A stretch of DNA of 64,000 nucleotides from a bacterium (GCA_026705465.1 JAPPAP010000023.1:22036-86035), one strand, 5' to 3'. Positions 35,675 through 46,069 are shown, counted from the stretch's first letter. Numbers and translations are program-made. Notes: generated from the letters alone by a model not told the origin.

Positions 35675-36673
35675 ATGGCGCCAGTCGTGACGATGCGCCA
35701 ACTGCTTGATGCCGGAGTCCACTTCGGACACCAGACTCGCCGTTGGAATCCCAAGATGCAGCGCTTCATATTCGGTGAGCGCAACGGCATCTACATCATC
35801 GACCTGACACAGACGCTCGCCCATATTGAGGCTGCCTACACTTTCGTGCGCGACCTTGTGGCCAGAGGCGGTCAAGTCCTGTTTGTGGGTACCAAGAAGC
35901 AAGCTCAAGACAGCGTGCAGAGTTATGCAGAGCGGGTGGGTATGCCCTATGTGAACGAGCGATGGCTGGGAGGTCTCCTGACCAATTTCGAGACCATCTC
36001 CAAGCGCATGGGCAAGATGAAGGAGTTCCAGCGCATGCGCAGCTCGGGGGAACTTGATGTTATGCCCAAAAAGGAGGCCCTCCTGATTTCCCGGGAACTG
36101 GCGAAGCTAGAACGAAATCTCAACGGGATCCGAGACCTGACCCGGCCCCCTGACGCGGTGTTTGTTCTGGACACCAAGAAGGAGCACATCGCGGTGGCCG
36201 AGGCGAACAAGTTGAAGCTGCCGGTGATTGCGGTGGTGGATACCAATTGCGATCCCGATGTGATCCAATTCGTCATTCCTGGCAATGACGACGCAATCCG
36301 CTCTGGGGAGTTGATGTGCCGGATTATCAGCGACGCAGTTCTTGAGGGCCGATTCATCGCCCAGGGAAGCAACGTGGCCAAGTCCCAGCCTGTCGCTGAT
36401 GTTCCTCAAGCCGAAGCTGCTCCGGGCGCCGAGGCCGCTCCGGGCGCTGAGGCTGCCGCCGAACCTGTTCCTCAAGCCGAGGCCGCTCCGGACGCCGAGG
36501 CTGCCGCCGAACCTGTTCCTCAAGCCGAGGCCGCTCCGGATGCCGAGGCTGCCGCCGAACCTGTTCCTCAAGCCGAGGCCGCTCCGGACGCCGAACCCGC
36601 CGCCAACGTTGCTCCGGGCACCGCGGAACCCATTGCTGAAGGCGAGCAGGCCGATACCCAGGAGCAAGCGTGA
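35675..36673 (+). CDS. rpsB: 30S ribosomal protein S2 with Ala/Pro/Glu-rich repeat tail
   Basis: '[22 protein letters not shown]', '[10 protein letters not shown]', then repeated '[16 protein letters not shown]'. Confidence 0.95.
   Translation: MAPVVTMRQLLDAGVHFGHQTRRWNPKMQRFIFGERNGIYIIDLTQTLAHIEAAYTFVRDLVARGGQVLFVGTKKQAQDSVQSYAERVGMPYVNERWLGGLLTNFETISKRMGKMKEFQRMRSSGELDVMPKKEALLISRELAKLERNLNGIRDLTRPPDAVFVLDTKKEHIAVAEANKLKLPVIAVVDTNCDPDVIQFVIPGNDDAIRSGELMCRIISDAVLEGRFIAQGSNVAKSQPVADVPQAEAAPGAEAAPGAEAAAEPVPQAEAAPDAEAAAEPVPQAEAAPDAEAAAEPVPQAEAAPDAEPAANVAPGTAEPIAEGEQADTQEQA
36404..36613. repeat. 48-bp tandem repeat array (about 4 units, the first expanded to 66 bp), in-frame in the rpsB 3' end
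   Basis: The units at 36470-36517 and 36518-36565 differ by one synonymous base (gac/gat). Flanking units at 36404 and 36566 are diverged. Confidence 0.9.
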
Positions 36674-37461
36674 GTTCATTTACCGCCCAAGACGTCAAGG
36701 CGCTGCGCCAGGCCACTGGTGCCGGAATGATGGATTGCAAGCGTGCCCTCTCCGAAAACGAAGGCGATATGGAGGCAGCAACCCAGTGGCTGCGCGAGAA
36801 GGGCATCGCCAAAGCTGCCGCTCGGTCTGAGCGGGCCAGCGATCAGGGGACGGTGGCTCTTGCCGTGGATGGCAATGCCGCTGCCATCGTCGAACTGCGC
36901 TGTGAGACCGATTTTTCGGCCAAGGCCGATGACTTCACTGCATTAGCTGACGCGCTCGCCCGGTTAGTGCTGGCTGAGGGCGAAGAGTCTGTCGAGGCTC
37001 GCCAAAAGGAAATCGAGGATCTCGGCCTGGCCAAAAAGGAGAACGTCCAGTTGGGCAAGGTTGTCAAGATTCAAGCCGCCGATGGCAACATTCTCGACAC
37101 CTACCTCCATACCCAGGATGGCAGAGGGACTAGCGCAGTCGTGGTAGAGGCCAGTGGCATGAGCCAAGACCTGGCTCACGAGGTTGCTCTTCACATTGCC
37201 TTTGCCAAGCCCTCGGTTCTGCATCGTGACGAGGTTGATCCCGACGAGGTGGAGCGAGAGCGGGTCGCGCTGACTGAGATGACCAAAGCCGAGGGCAAGC
37301 CCGAGCAAGCTTGGGAAAAGATCGTCAGCGGTCGCTTGCGGGCATGGTTTTCCGAACGCGTCCTGCTCGAACAGGGCATGTTCGGAGAAAAGGAGACCGT
37401 AGAATCGCGTTTAGGTGACGGTGAGATTGTTCGTTTCGAGTTGGCGGCCATCGGCAGTTAG
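36670..37461 (+). CDS. tsf: elongation factor Ts
   Basis: '[37 protein letters not shown]'. GTGA overlap with rpsB. Confidence 0.95.
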   Translation: MSSFTAQDVKALRQATGAGMMDCKRALSENEGDMEAATQWLREKGIAKAAARSERASDQGTVALAVDGNAAAIVELRCETDFSAKADDFTALADALARLVLAEGEESVEARQKEIEDLGLAKKENVQLGKVVKIQAADGNILDTYLHTQDGRGTSAVVVEASGMSQDLAHEVALHIAFAKPSVLHRDEVDPDEVERERVALTEMTKAEGKPEQAWEKIVSGRLRAWFSERVLLEQGMFGEKETVESRLGDGEIVRFELAAIGS

Positions 37462-37470
37462 CGCTGATCG

Positions 37471-38211
37471 ATGACCACCGACGGCGTCAAGCGATCAGGC
37501 CGGTGGGACCGGATCGTTCTGAAGCTCTCCGGCGAGGCTTTTGCCGGAGAGGCCGGGTATGGCATTGACGGGGAGATCGCGGCACAAATCGCCAACGAAA
37601 TCGTCAAAGTCAGGGCAGAGTTCGACGTGGACGTGGCGGTTGTGGTCGGAGGTGGAAATATCTGGCGGGGGATGACCGGAGCGGGCGCGGGCATGGACCG
37701 AGCTCAGGCCGACTACATGGGGATGCTGGCCACAGTCATAAATGCCCTTGCCCTCCAGGACACGCTCGAGCGGCTCAATCAGCCCACTCGGGTGCAGACG
37801 GCCATCGGTATGGCTCAAGTAGCCGAGCCGTATATCCGGCGCAGGGCCATTCGCCACTTGGAGAAGGGTCGGGTGGTGATTTTCGCGGCCGGAACCGGCA
37901 ATCCGTTCTTTACCACCGACACCGCGGCTGCTCTTCGGGCGGTGGAGATAGAGGCCGGCGTGCTGCTAAAGGGAACTCACAGTGGCACTGATGGGGTCTA
38001 TACCGCCGACCCTCGGATTGATCCCGATGCCGAAAAGCTTGATGAGGTGCAGTACTTGGATGTGCTGTCCCAGGGTTTGAGGGCCATGGACAGCACTGCC
38101 GTCTCGCTGTGTATGGACAACAAATTGCCCATCGTCGTCTTTGACCTAATGAAGCCGGGAAACGTACGCGCCATACTCGACGGCCAACCGATCGGTACTC
38201 TGGTGTCATGA
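37471..38211 (+). CDS. pyrH: UMP kinase
   Basis: 'VLKLSGEAF', '[11 protein letters not shown]', '[15 protein letters not shown]', '[17 protein letters not shown]'. Confidence 0.95.
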   Translation: MTTDGVKRSGRWDRIVLKLSGEAFAGEAGYGIDGEIAAQIANEIVKVRAEFDVDVAVVVGGGNIWRGMTGAGAGMDRAQADYMGMLATVINALALQDTLERLNQPTRVQTAIGMAQVAEPYIRRRAIRHLEKGRVVIFAAGTGNPFFTTDTAAALRAVEIEAGVLLKGTHSGTDGVYTADPRIDPDAEKLDEVQYLDVLSQGLRAMDSTAVSLCMDNKLPIVVFDLMKPGNVRAILDGQPIGTLVS

Positions 38212-38298
38212 GGGGTTGTCCGAATACCTCAAAGTCATGACGACCGGGTCTGAAGTCTTCGTGCCGCGCCGCCGGAGTTGTCCAGGAATGCGAGTGGG

Positions 38299-38874
38299 AT
38301 GACGACCGGCAATGAGTTGACCGACTTGGTGTTAGAAGATGCCGGAGGGCGAATGGACTCTGCGGTCCACCACACCCGGCAGCAGTTCGCCTCCGTGAGG
38401 ACCGGGCGGGCCTCTCCGGCACTGTTCGAGAGGTTCCTCGTGGACTACTACGGCACTGAAGTGCCGCTCCAGCAGCTTGCCAGTTTCAGTGTTCCTGAGG
38501 CGCAGCTTCTCGTGATCTCCCCATTCGACAAAGGTTCGATTGCCGCAATCGAGCGGGCCATCATCCAGGCCGATTTGGGGCTCAACCCCAGCAATGACGG
38601 CAACGTGGTGCGCCTGACATTTCCACCGCTGACCGAGGAGCGCCGCCGCGAGCTGGTCAGGCTGGTCAAGCAGATGGCTGAAGAGGGACGGGTAGCAATT
38701 CGCAATACTCGCCGCAGCGGACGCCACGAAATCGATCAGCTCAGCAAAGCTGGCGATGTTTCCGAGGACATCGCTGCTCGGACCGAGAAAGATCTTGACC
38801 AGCTAACCCACGACCATGAGCAGCTCATCAATGACGCCTTGAGCGTCAAAGAACAAGAGCTGCTCGAAATCTAA
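38299..38874 (+). CDS. frr: ribosome recycling factor
   Basis: 'RTGRASPALFERFLVDYYG', 'LNPSNDGNVVRLTFPPLTEERRREL'. ATG 38299 is preferred over the TTG at 38278. Confidence 0.9.
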   Translation: MTTGNELTDLVLEDAGGRMDSAVHHTRQQFASVRTGRASPALFERFLVDYYGTEVPLQQLASFSVPEAQLLVISPFDKGSIAAIERAIIQADLGLNPSNDGNVVRLTFPPLTEERRRELVRLVKQMAEEGRVAIRNTRRSGRHEIDQLSKAGDVSEDIAARTEKDLDQLTHDHEQLINDALSVKEQELLEI

Positions 38875-38898
38875 ACTGTCTGAATAACTGGAGGGGCA

Positions 38899-40215
38899 GT
38901 GGACGACGATAATCCTTTTCAAAGACCCAACGATCGGTCAGAAGAATCGCCCGACGACGAGCAGGCCGTTTTCTTGGACGATCTGACGTCTCTTTTCGAT
39001 GAAGATGATGATGATGCCAATCTGCCCAGTTGGGGTGAGTCGGCCGAATCCGAATCGGAGTCAGAGGGGGATTGGGACAGTCTCGCCGAATCGGAGTCAG
39101 AGGGGGATTGGGACAGTCTCGCCGATGCAGCACCCCGCTGGCGCGAGGACGCGGTGGAGGACTCCCTGGCTGACTTGTCGGACCTAGCAGATATAGGCCA
39201 CGCCGCGGAGGAAACCAGCGTTTTCGAAGACCCGGTGCCTACCGAGGCGGTGGAGTTCCCCTCGGTGGACCGGGTAGATGAGGTCTTGTCATTGGATGTT
39301 TCTGAATCTCCGATGGCCTCGGCAATGACCGAGACGCGGGACTCGCCCATGTTGCCACCCTCTCCGGCAATGGCCGATGCCCGGATCTCTTCTCGAGACG
39401 GCAATCCCATGACCGCCATCGTGGTTGGTCTGGTGCTCGGGGGAATTGTCCTGGGTGCGATTGCTCTGGGCGAGAAGGTCACGCTCGCGGTGCTTGCCAT
39501 AGCGCTCTTGATTGCCGCCGCCGAGTGGTTTACCACGTTGCGCCATGTGGGGTATCAACCTCCCGCGCTGGTGGGGTTTGTCGCAGTGGTGGCCATGCCG
39601 CTGGCTGCGTATTGGCGGGGTACCGACGGCATCGTGCTCGTCTTGGTGTTTGCCCTGTTCGGTTCCGGGCTGTGGTACCTCGGCGGAGTGGGCCGCAACC
39701 GGCTCCTTGCCAATCTCGGGGTAACTCTGCTGGGCATTACTTACATCGGGGTGACCGGGGCTTTCGGCGGACTCCTACTGGATATGCCCGACGGCGCAGA
39801 GCTAGTGCTTAGCGCGTTGATATTGACCGTGGCCCACGACGTCGGCGCTTACGCCGTCGGACGGGCCGCGGGCCGCACTCCGCTGTCGAAGGCCAGCCCC
39901 AACAAGACGGTGGAGGGTCTGATCGGTGGCACCATCCTCACCATCGCAGCGGCGTTGGTATTCATCTCCATCCTCGAGATCGGTCCCTTCGGAGATGGGT
40001 CCGGATCGCGCTCCGACGGGGTGGTTCTTGGAATCGTGGTCGCGGCGGTGGCACCGCTGGCCGATCTCATGGAATCGGCCATCAAGCGAGATCTCGGCAT
40101 CAAGGACATGGGTTCGCTGCTACCGGGCCACGGAGGGATGTTGGACCGGATCGACGCTCTCTTGTTCGTGCTGCCGGCCACCTACTTCACCGCCCTGATG
40201 CTTGATGTGATCTAA
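38899..40215 (+). CDS. cdsA: phosphatidate cytidylyltransferase with an acidic N-terminal extension of about 150 aa
   Basis: C-terminal 'SPNKTVEGLIGG' and 'KRDLGIKDMGSLLPGHGGMLDRIDALLF' CdsA signature. The N-terminus is rich in D/E/S. Confidence 0.8.
   Translation: MDDDNPFQRPNDRSEESPDDEQAVFLDDLTSLFDEDDDDANLPSWGESAESESESEGDWDSLAESESEGDWDSLADAAPRWREDAVEDSLADLSDLADIGHAAEETSVFEDPVPTEAVEFPSVDRVDEVLSLDVSESPMASAMTETRDSPMLPPSPAMADARISSRDGNPMTAIVVGLVLGGIVLGAIALGEKVTLAVLAIALLIAAAEWFTTLRHVGYQPPALVGFVAVVAMPLAAYWRGTDGIVLVLVFALFGSGLWYLGGVGRNRLLANLGVTLLGITYIGVTGAFGGLLLDMPDGAELVLSALILTVAHDVGAYAVGRAAGRTPLSKASPNKTVEGLIGGTILTIAAALVFISILEIGPFGDGSGSRSDGVVLGIVVAAVAPLADLMESAIKRDLGIKDMGSLLPGHGGMLDRIDALLFVLPATYFTALMLDVI
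39052..39123. repeat. two perfect copies of a 36-bp tandem repeat in the cdsA 5' extension
   Basis: gaatcggagtcagagggggattgggacagtctcgcc at 39052-39087 and 39088-39123, encoding ESESEGDWDSLA twice. Confidence 0.95.
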
Positions 40216-40232
40216 GAAAGGGCTGCCGATTT

Positions 40233-41408
40233 ATGGTCTCCCTTTCGCTGCTTGGATCTACTGGATCGATCGGCGTTCAGACGCTGGATGTGATTCGGGC
40301 TGAACCCGACAGCTGGGACGTAGTGGCGTTGGGCGCTGGCCGCTCCGTTGAGCAACTCGTCGCTCAGGCTCGAGAATTCCATCCTCGCCTTGTGGTGGTG
40401 GGAAGCGCTGGATTGGTCTCCGAGGTCCAAGATGCGCTCCCGGGAATCTCCGTGTCGAGCGGTTCTTCTGCTCTAGCCGAAGCGGCCGCGATGGGAGAGG
40501 TGGTGGTCAACGGAGTTGTCGGGTTTGCCGGGCTGCCGGTGACGCTGGCCGCCCTCGAGGCGGGCCGGCGTTTGGCTTTGGCCAACAAAGAGTCACTGAT
40601 TGCCGCCGGGCCGGTCGTGCAACGGGCTCGCCAGACTCCCGGTGCCGAACTGCTGCCGGTGGATAGCGAGCACTGTGCCGTCCACCAGTGCCTACGGGCC
40701 AATGACGTGTTTACCACCGGAGCGGGAATGCAGCGCGTGCATCGAATCGTGCTCACGGCCAGCGGGGGGCCGTTTCGGGGGCGGACGCGAGAGGAGCTGG
40801 CCGATGTGACAGTGGCCCACGCTTTGGACCATCCCACGTGGAGTATGGGGCCCAAGATCACGGTGGACTCTTCCACCCTGATGAACAAGGGCCTAGAGGT
40901 GATCGAGGCCAACGAGCTTTTTGGGCTGGGCTATGACCGCATTGAGGTGGTGATCCATCCTCAATCGGTGGTGCACTCCATGGTGGAGTACTCCGACGGC
41001 GCCACCATCGCCCAGCTCTCCCTGCCCGACATGAGGTTGTGCATTGGCTACGCCATCGCCTATCCCGACCGCATCGCCACCCCGTTCGGACGCATTGATT
41101 GGGCCGAGCTGCGGCGTCTGGACTTCGAGCCTCCCGACATCGAGGCGTTTCCCTGCTTGAACCTGGCCTACGCCGCCGGGCGAATGGGAGAAACCGCTCC
41201 GGCCCTGCTGAATGCGGCCAACGAAGTAGCCGTGCAGGCTTTTCTGGATGAGCGGATACGATGGACGGCAATTCCCGAGATTTTGGAGACGGTCTTAGGC
41301 GACCATGACGGCACCGAGGCCGACTCCCTGGAGGCGGTCATGGAGATCGACGGCAAGGCCCGTGCTACTGCCGAGCACGTCGTCGCCCGCCAGTACGACC
41401 GCAGCTGA
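40233..41408 (+). CDS. dxr: 1-deoxy-D-xylulose-5-phosphate reductoisomerase
   Basis: 'LLGSTGSIGVQTLDV', 'LANKESL', 'PVDSEH', 'HPTWSMGPKITVDSSTLMNKGLE'. Confidence 0.95.
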   Translation: MVSLSLLGSTGSIGVQTLDVIRAEPDSWDVVALGAGRSVEQLVAQAREFHPRLVVVGSAGLVSEVQDALPGISVSSGSSALAEAAAMGEVVVNGVVGFAGLPVTLAALEAGRRLALANKESLIAAGPVVQRARQTPGAELLPVDSEHCAVHQCLRANDVFTTGAGMQRVHRIVLTASGGPFRGRTREELADVTVAHALDHPTWSMGPKITVDSSTLMNKGLEVIEANELFGLGYDRIEVVIHPQSVVHSMVEYSDGATIAQLSLPDMRLCIGYAIAYPDRIATPFGRIDWAELRRLDFEPPDIEAFPCLNLAYAAGRMGETAPALLNAANEVAVQAFLDERIRWTAIPEILETVLGDHDGTEADSLEAVMEIDGKARATAEHVVARQYDRS

Positions 41409-41411
41409 GAG

Positions 41412-42734
41412 ATGAAATCTCCTGAAACTGACTCCTCTGGAGGCGGTCAGCCTCCGTCGTCCTCGCTCGCCAACCTGCGGGCATCACGCGACGGCTGGGG
41501 CGGTTCGATGTTGGTAGCCGGCCTCTTGGCAGCGGTAACGGCGATTTGGGGTTTGCCATTGCTATTAGGCCTGCTCCTCATCCTTGCCATGCTGTTTCTT
41601 CACGAGTTCGGGCATTATCTGACCGCCCGTTGGGCGGGCATGAAGGTAACCGAGTTCTACTTGGGGTTCGGACCGCGGTTGTGGTCCTTCCGCCGAGAGG
41701 AAACGGTTTATGGCCTCAAGGCGATTCCCTTCGGGGCCTATGTCCGGATCATCGGCATGAACAACCTGGAGCAGGTTCCTCCCGCTGAGGAGCACCGCAC
41801 CTATCGCAGCAAGCCCTACTGGCGACGGATGTCGGTGGCGGTGGCCGGATCGACCATGCACTTCCTGTTGGCGATAGTTCTGATCTTCTCTTTTTTGGTG
41901 GTTGGCGGACGGACTGAGAGCGTTCCGTCTCCCGATTGGACAGTGAGCAGGGTTGCCTCAGACTCGCCTGCTCACAGAGCTGGTCTGATGCCTGGTGACC
42001 GTATTGTGTCGGTCAACGGCAGCCCGGTCGCCACCATGGATGACATGGTGGCGGTTCTGCCCGGACCGGGGACGCCAGTGAGCTTGGGGATTCAGCGAGG
42101 CAGCGATGAGGTGGTTCGAGACCTGGTGCTCGGCAGCCATCCTCAAGATGCCGGCCGAGGGTACATTGGCGTCGCCTCATCATCGGCAAGATCGAGTCAG
42201 TCGGTGGACGTCGGGTTCGTAGAGGCCGTCCCGGAGACTTTCGAAGAATTCGGATTCCTCGTGAAGGAGTCCGTCTTGGGCATCGGCAGTTTTTTCTCGC
42301 CCGATGGCCTCGGCAGTTTCTTCCAGAGAGTTGCCGAGCAGCCAACGAGTACAGAGGTGTCTTCAACGGGCGGAGGGACCTTTTCGGGGGTTGCGGCTGA
42401 GGACGAAAATCGAGTGATCTCGATCCTCGGCGTGCTCAGGTTGTTTGCGGACTTCCTCTCCGACATAACCGAGAACTACGGGAGGCTGCTCCTGCTGTTC
42501 GCGCTGGTGAACATCTTCATTGGGGTGTTCAACATGATTCCGCTGCTGCCGTTCGATGGCGGCCATGTGGCGATAGCTACCTATGAGCGTCTCCGGTCCC
42601 GTCGAGGCCACCGGTATACCGCCGACGTTTCCAAGATGGTCCCCGTCGCTTACGCAGTGGTAGTCGCCCTCATCATTGTGGGTCTCGGGGCGCTCTATCT
42701 GGATGCCTCCGACCCAGTGCAACTTCCGGGGTGA
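41412..42734 (+). CDS. M50-family site-2 protease (RseP/Rip1-like) with PDZ
   Basis: 'LHEFGHYLTARWAGMKV' HExxH, PDZ 'PAHRAGLMPGDRIVSVNG', 'NMIPLLPFDGGH'. Confidence 0.85.
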   Translation: MKSPETDSSGGGQPPSSSLANLRASRDGWGGSMLVAGLLAAVTAIWGLPLLLGLLLILAMLFLHEFGHYLTARWAGMKVTEFYLGFGPRLWSFRREETVYGLKAIPFGAYVRIIGMNNLEQVPPAEEHRTYRSKPYWRRMSVAVAGSTMHFLLAIVLIFSFLVVGGRTESVPSPDWTVSRVASDSPAHRAGLMPGDRIVSVNGSPVATMDDMVAVLPGPGTPVSLGIQRGSDEVVRDLVLGSHPQDAGRGYIGVASSSARSSQSVDVGFVEAVPETFEEFGFLVKESVLGIGSFFSPDGLGSFFQRVAEQPTSTEVSSTGGGTFSGVAAEDENRVISILGVLRLFADFLSDITENYGRLLLLFALVNIFIGVFNMIPLLPFDGGHVAIATYERLRSRRGHRYTADVSKMVPVAYAVVVALIIVGLGALYLDASDPVQLPG

Positions 42735-42794
42735 GGAACGTAATGGTCGCGGGGAATTACGAATATCGTCAACCGGGCGTGCCAAGCTGAGGAC

Positions 42795-44018
42795 ATGGAA
42801 GTCGAGTCAGCTTTCGAGCGGCGTCCCACCCGCCAGATCCATGTAGGAGATGTCGCGGTCGGCGGGGGCGCGCCGATCACTGTCCAGTCCATGACCACCA
42901 CCCGCACCGCCGACGTGGAGGGCACCCTTCAGCAGATCTACGCCTTGGCTGCGGCGGGTGCCGACATTGTCCGTTGCACCTGCAATGAGATCGAGGCCGC
43001 CGAGGGACTGGCCCAGATCGTGCCCCGTTCTCCGGTGCCTATCGTGGCCGATATCCACCACCAGTACCGGATGGCATTGGCCGCTCTGGATGCCGGCGTT
43101 CAGTGTCTCAGGTTGAATCCCGGCAACATCCGTAAACCCGAGCACGTTCGAGCGGTGGCATCGGAGTGCCGGGACCGAGGGGTGCCCATCCGCATTGGGG
43201 TCAACGGAGGATCGCTACACCCCGACCTGTACCGAAAATACGGCGACCGGGTTACCCCAGAGGCCATGGTGGAATCGGCCCAGATGGAGCTCGACTACTT
43301 CCGAGACGTGGACTTTGACGACGTGAAGATCTCGGTCAAAGCTTCCAGCGTTCCTCTGATGATCGAGGCCTATCGCCAGCTGGCAGAGGTCACCGACCAC
43401 CCTTTGCACCTGGGAGTGACTGAAGCGGGACCGCCACCAGTTGGGCTCATCAAGTCGACCGCGGGTATCGGCACGCTGTTGGCCGAAGGCATCGGCGACA
43501 CCATCCGCTACAGCCTCACCGCCGACCCGGTACAGGAGGCCAAAGCGGGTCGCCAGCTCCTGGAATCGATGGGGCTGCGGGAGAGGAAGAACGTCGATCT
43601 CATCGCTTGTCCGAGCTGCGGACGGGCCGAGATCGACGTGTATGCCGTGGCTGAACAGGCCATGGAGGCATTCGGCGATCGAGAGATTCCCCTGCAAGTG
43701 GCGGTCATGGGCTGTGTTGTCAACGGACCCGGCGAAGCTCGAGATGCTGATATCGGCATTGCCGCCGGCAACAAGCGAGGCCACCTGTTCGTGAAGGGCC
43801 GCAACGTTGCCGTGGTGGCCGAGGAGGACATGGTGACCGCACTGGTGGAGTGGGCCGAGTTGATCCACGAGCAAGGTCCCGAGGCGGCGCTGGCCCGGGC
43901 CGATACCGTGGCCGCGGCCCGTGAGGCCGAGCGCGACCGAAGTCGACTGCTGGCCGAGCAGGGTGACGATGCCAACCAGGCAAGTCAGAAGATCGAAATG
44001 ATTCGCAGGAGAGCGTGA
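42795..44018 (+). CDS. ispG: 4-hydroxy-3-methylbut-2-en-1-yl diphosphate synthase
   Basis: 'VQSMTTT', 'LRLNPGNI', 'IRIGVNGGSL', 'LIACPSCGR', 'VMGCVVNGPGE'. Confidence 0.95.
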   Translation: MEVESAFERRPTRQIHVGDVAVGGGAPITVQSMTTTRTADVEGTLQQIYALAAAGADIVRCTCNEIEAAEGLAQIVPRSPVPIVADIHHQYRMALAALDAGVQCLRLNPGNIRKPEHVRAVASECRDRGVPIRIGVNGGSLHPDLYRKYGDRVTPEAMVESAQMELDYFRDVDFDDVKISVKASSVPLMIEAYRQLAEVTDHPLHLGVTEAGPPPVGLIKSTAGIGTLLAEGIGDTIRYSLTADPVQEAKAGRQLLESMGLRERKNVDLIACPSCGRAEIDVYAVAEQAMEAFGDREIPLQVAVMGCVVNGPGEARDADIGIAAGNKRGHLFVKGRNVAVVAEEDMVTALVEWAELIHEQGPEAALARADTVAAAREAERDRSRLLAEQGDDANQASQKIEMIRRRA

Positions 44019-44020
44019 GA

Positions 44021-45433
44021 ATGGCCAAAAAAGGGGTGCTCACCCCGCAGCAGGAAGACTTCCCCCGCTGGTATCAGGACATTCTCAATAAGGCCGAGTT
44101 GGCTGACAACGGGCCGGTGCGGGGAACCATGGTCATCCGACCCTATGGGTATGCCCTTTGGGAGCGAATGCAGGCTGAGGTGGATCAGCGTATAAAGGAT
44201 GCCGGGGCCGACAACGCCTACTTCCCGCTGTTCATCCCCGAGAGCTACCTGAATCGGGAGTCCGACCACGTGGAGGGATTCAGCCCCGAATTGGCGGTGG
44301 TCACCCAAGGAGGAGGCCGGGAGCTGGCTGAGCCGGTGGTGGTGCGTCCCACCAGCGAGACCATCATCAATGCCTACTTCTCCAAGTGGGTGCAAAGCCA
44401 TCGCGACCTCCCGTTGCTGATCAACCAATGGGCCAACGTGGTCCGCTGGGAAATGAGGCCCCGGATTTTCCTGCGGACCACGGAGTTCTTGTGGCAAGAA
44501 GGCCACACCGCTCACGCAACCCGCGAGGAGGCCCGTGACTACGCGGCCATGATCCTCCACGAGGTGTATCGGGACTTCATGGAGTCGGTACTGGCCATAC
44601 CCGTGCTCATCGGGTACAAGACCGAGGCGGAGCGGTTCCCTGGGGCCATCAATTCCATGTGCCTTGAAGGGATGATGCGAGATGGCAAGGCCCTTCAGAT
44701 GGGGACATCCCACGAACTGGGCCAGAGCTTCGCCACGATGTTCGACATCACCTTTTTGGACGCCGAAGGGAACCAGGCCCACGTGTGGCAGACCTCCTGG
44801 GGAGTGTCATCCCGCATGGTTGGCGGTTTGATCATGGCCCACGGTGATGACCAGGGGCTTGTTGTCCCGCCCCGGTTGGCGCCCATTCAAGCTGTTGTTA
44901 TCGCAGTGCGCGATGCAGAAGGGGTTGTGGACGCTTGCCACCACATGGCTGAGTCATTGGCTGCTGCTGGGATTCGGGTGAGAGTTGACGACCGGACGGG
45001 AACTGGGTTCGGCCGTAGAGCCACCGACTGGGAACTGAAGGGGGTGCCGGTACGGGTGGAGATCGGACCCCGGGACTTGGAGAACGGGCAGGCAACAATG
45101 GTGTCTCGGAGTGGCAGCGACAAGCAGACGGTTAGCCTCTCGACGGCACCCAAGCAGGTGGAATCACTGCTTGACGACATGCAGCAGCAGATCTACAACG
45201 ACGCCATGGCGTGGAGGGACTCTCGGATTGTCGAGGCAGCCACAGTGGCTGAGGTACGAGAGGCGGCGGCCACGGGATTCGCCCGGATTCCGTGGGCTGA
45301 TCTCGGCCCCGAAGGTGAGGCCGTTTTGGCTGATGATGCGGTTACCGTGAGGTGTTTGCAGCGCCCTGACGGATCCCTGCCCCAGAGCGGCGACGAGACC
45401 GATCTGGTGGCTGTCTGCGGCCGCAGCTACTGA
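44021..45433 (+). CDS. proS: proline--tRNA ligase, short archaeal/eukaryote-like type (no INS editing domain)
   Basis: 'FPRWYQDILNKAELADNGPVRGTMVIRPYGYALWE', 'RPTSETI', 'EFLWQEGHTAH', and a C-terminus ending in '...CGRSY', typical of this class. ATG 44021 lies 7 nt after AGGAGAG. Confidence 0.9.
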   Translation: MAKKGVLTPQQEDFPRWYQDILNKAELADNGPVRGTMVIRPYGYALWERMQAEVDQRIKDAGADNAYFPLFIPESYLNRESDHVEGFSPELAVVTQGGGRELAEPVVVRPTSETIINAYFSKWVQSHRDLPLLINQWANVVRWEMRPRIFLRTTEFLWQEGHTAHATREEARDYAAMILHEVYRDFMESVLAIPVLIGYKTEAERFPGAINSMCLEGMMRDGKALQMGTSHELGQSFATMFDITFLDAEGNQAHVWQTSWGVSSRMVGGLIMAHGDDQGLVVPPRLAPIQAVVIAVRDAEGVVDACHHMAESLAAAGIRVRVDDRTGTGFGRRATDWELKGVPVRVEIGPRDLENGQATMVSRSGSDKQTVSLSTAPKQVESLLDDMQQQIYNDAMAWRDSRIVEAATVAEVREAAATGFARIPWADLGPEGEAVLADDAVTVRCLQRPDGSLPQSGDETDLVAVCGRSY

Positions 45434-45514
45434 GAAACGAGCCGCTTATGCGGCGACATGGGCGGTTCTAACGGGTAAGATCTTCGGTGAATCGTCGATC
45501 TCATTAGTCGAGTG

Positions 45515-45538
45515 AGGCGTGGGCTGGGGCCCACGCCT
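45515..45538 (+). terminator. GC-rich hairpin downstream of proS (weak T-tract)
   Basis: aggcgtgggc (45515-45524), loop tggg, gcccacgcct (45529-45538), followed by tctgacttt. Confidence 0.4.
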
Positions 45539-45586
45539 TCTGACTTTGGGGACCGAGAGCAAACCTTTAGTCAGGAAAGGGGCGAG

Positions 45587-46069
45587 ATGGCAGTAGCGGA
45601 CAGCGTGCGCGACCTCCTCGCGCCCCTCTTCCAGGGGAGGGGTTTAGAGGTCTACGACCTGACCTATGGGGGCGGGGTGCTGCGCATCATCGTGGACAAG
45701 CCCGGGGGAGTGAGTCTCGACGAGGTAGCCGATGCCTCCAGAGTTGCCTCTCGTCTGTTGGATGACAACGATCTTGTTTCCGGCCGGTACACCCTGGAGA
45801 TCACCAGTCCCGGTCTGGAGCGGCCGCTGCGCTGCCCTGAGCACTACGCCCGGGCTGTGGGCGAGACAATAAGCATCAAGCTCGGCCCCCATGTCGAAGG
45901 GGATCGCCGAATTCAAGGTTTGCTGACGAAATGCGACGATGACGGAATTACCATTGAAAATGACGGAGTTCCTCAACGCATGTCATTCAACGACATAACC
46001 AAGGCCAGGACCGTTTTTGAGTGGGGTCCGGTGCCAAAGAAGCAGATCAAGGAAAAGAGCAGCCGATGA
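45587..46069 (+). CDS. rimP: ribosome maturation factor RimP
   Basis: 'LEVYDLTYGGGVLRIIVDKPGGVSLDEVADASRVASRLLD', 'YTLEITSPGLERPL'. Start re-picked at ATG 45587. Confidence 0.85.
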   Translation: MAVADSVRDLLAPLFQGRGLEVYDLTYGGGVLRIIVDKPGGVSLDEVADASRVASRLLDDNDLVSGRYTLEITSPGLERPLRCPEHYARAVGETISIKLGPHVEGDRRIQGLLTKCDDDGITIENDGVPQRMSFNDITKARTVFEWGPVPKKQIKEKSSR

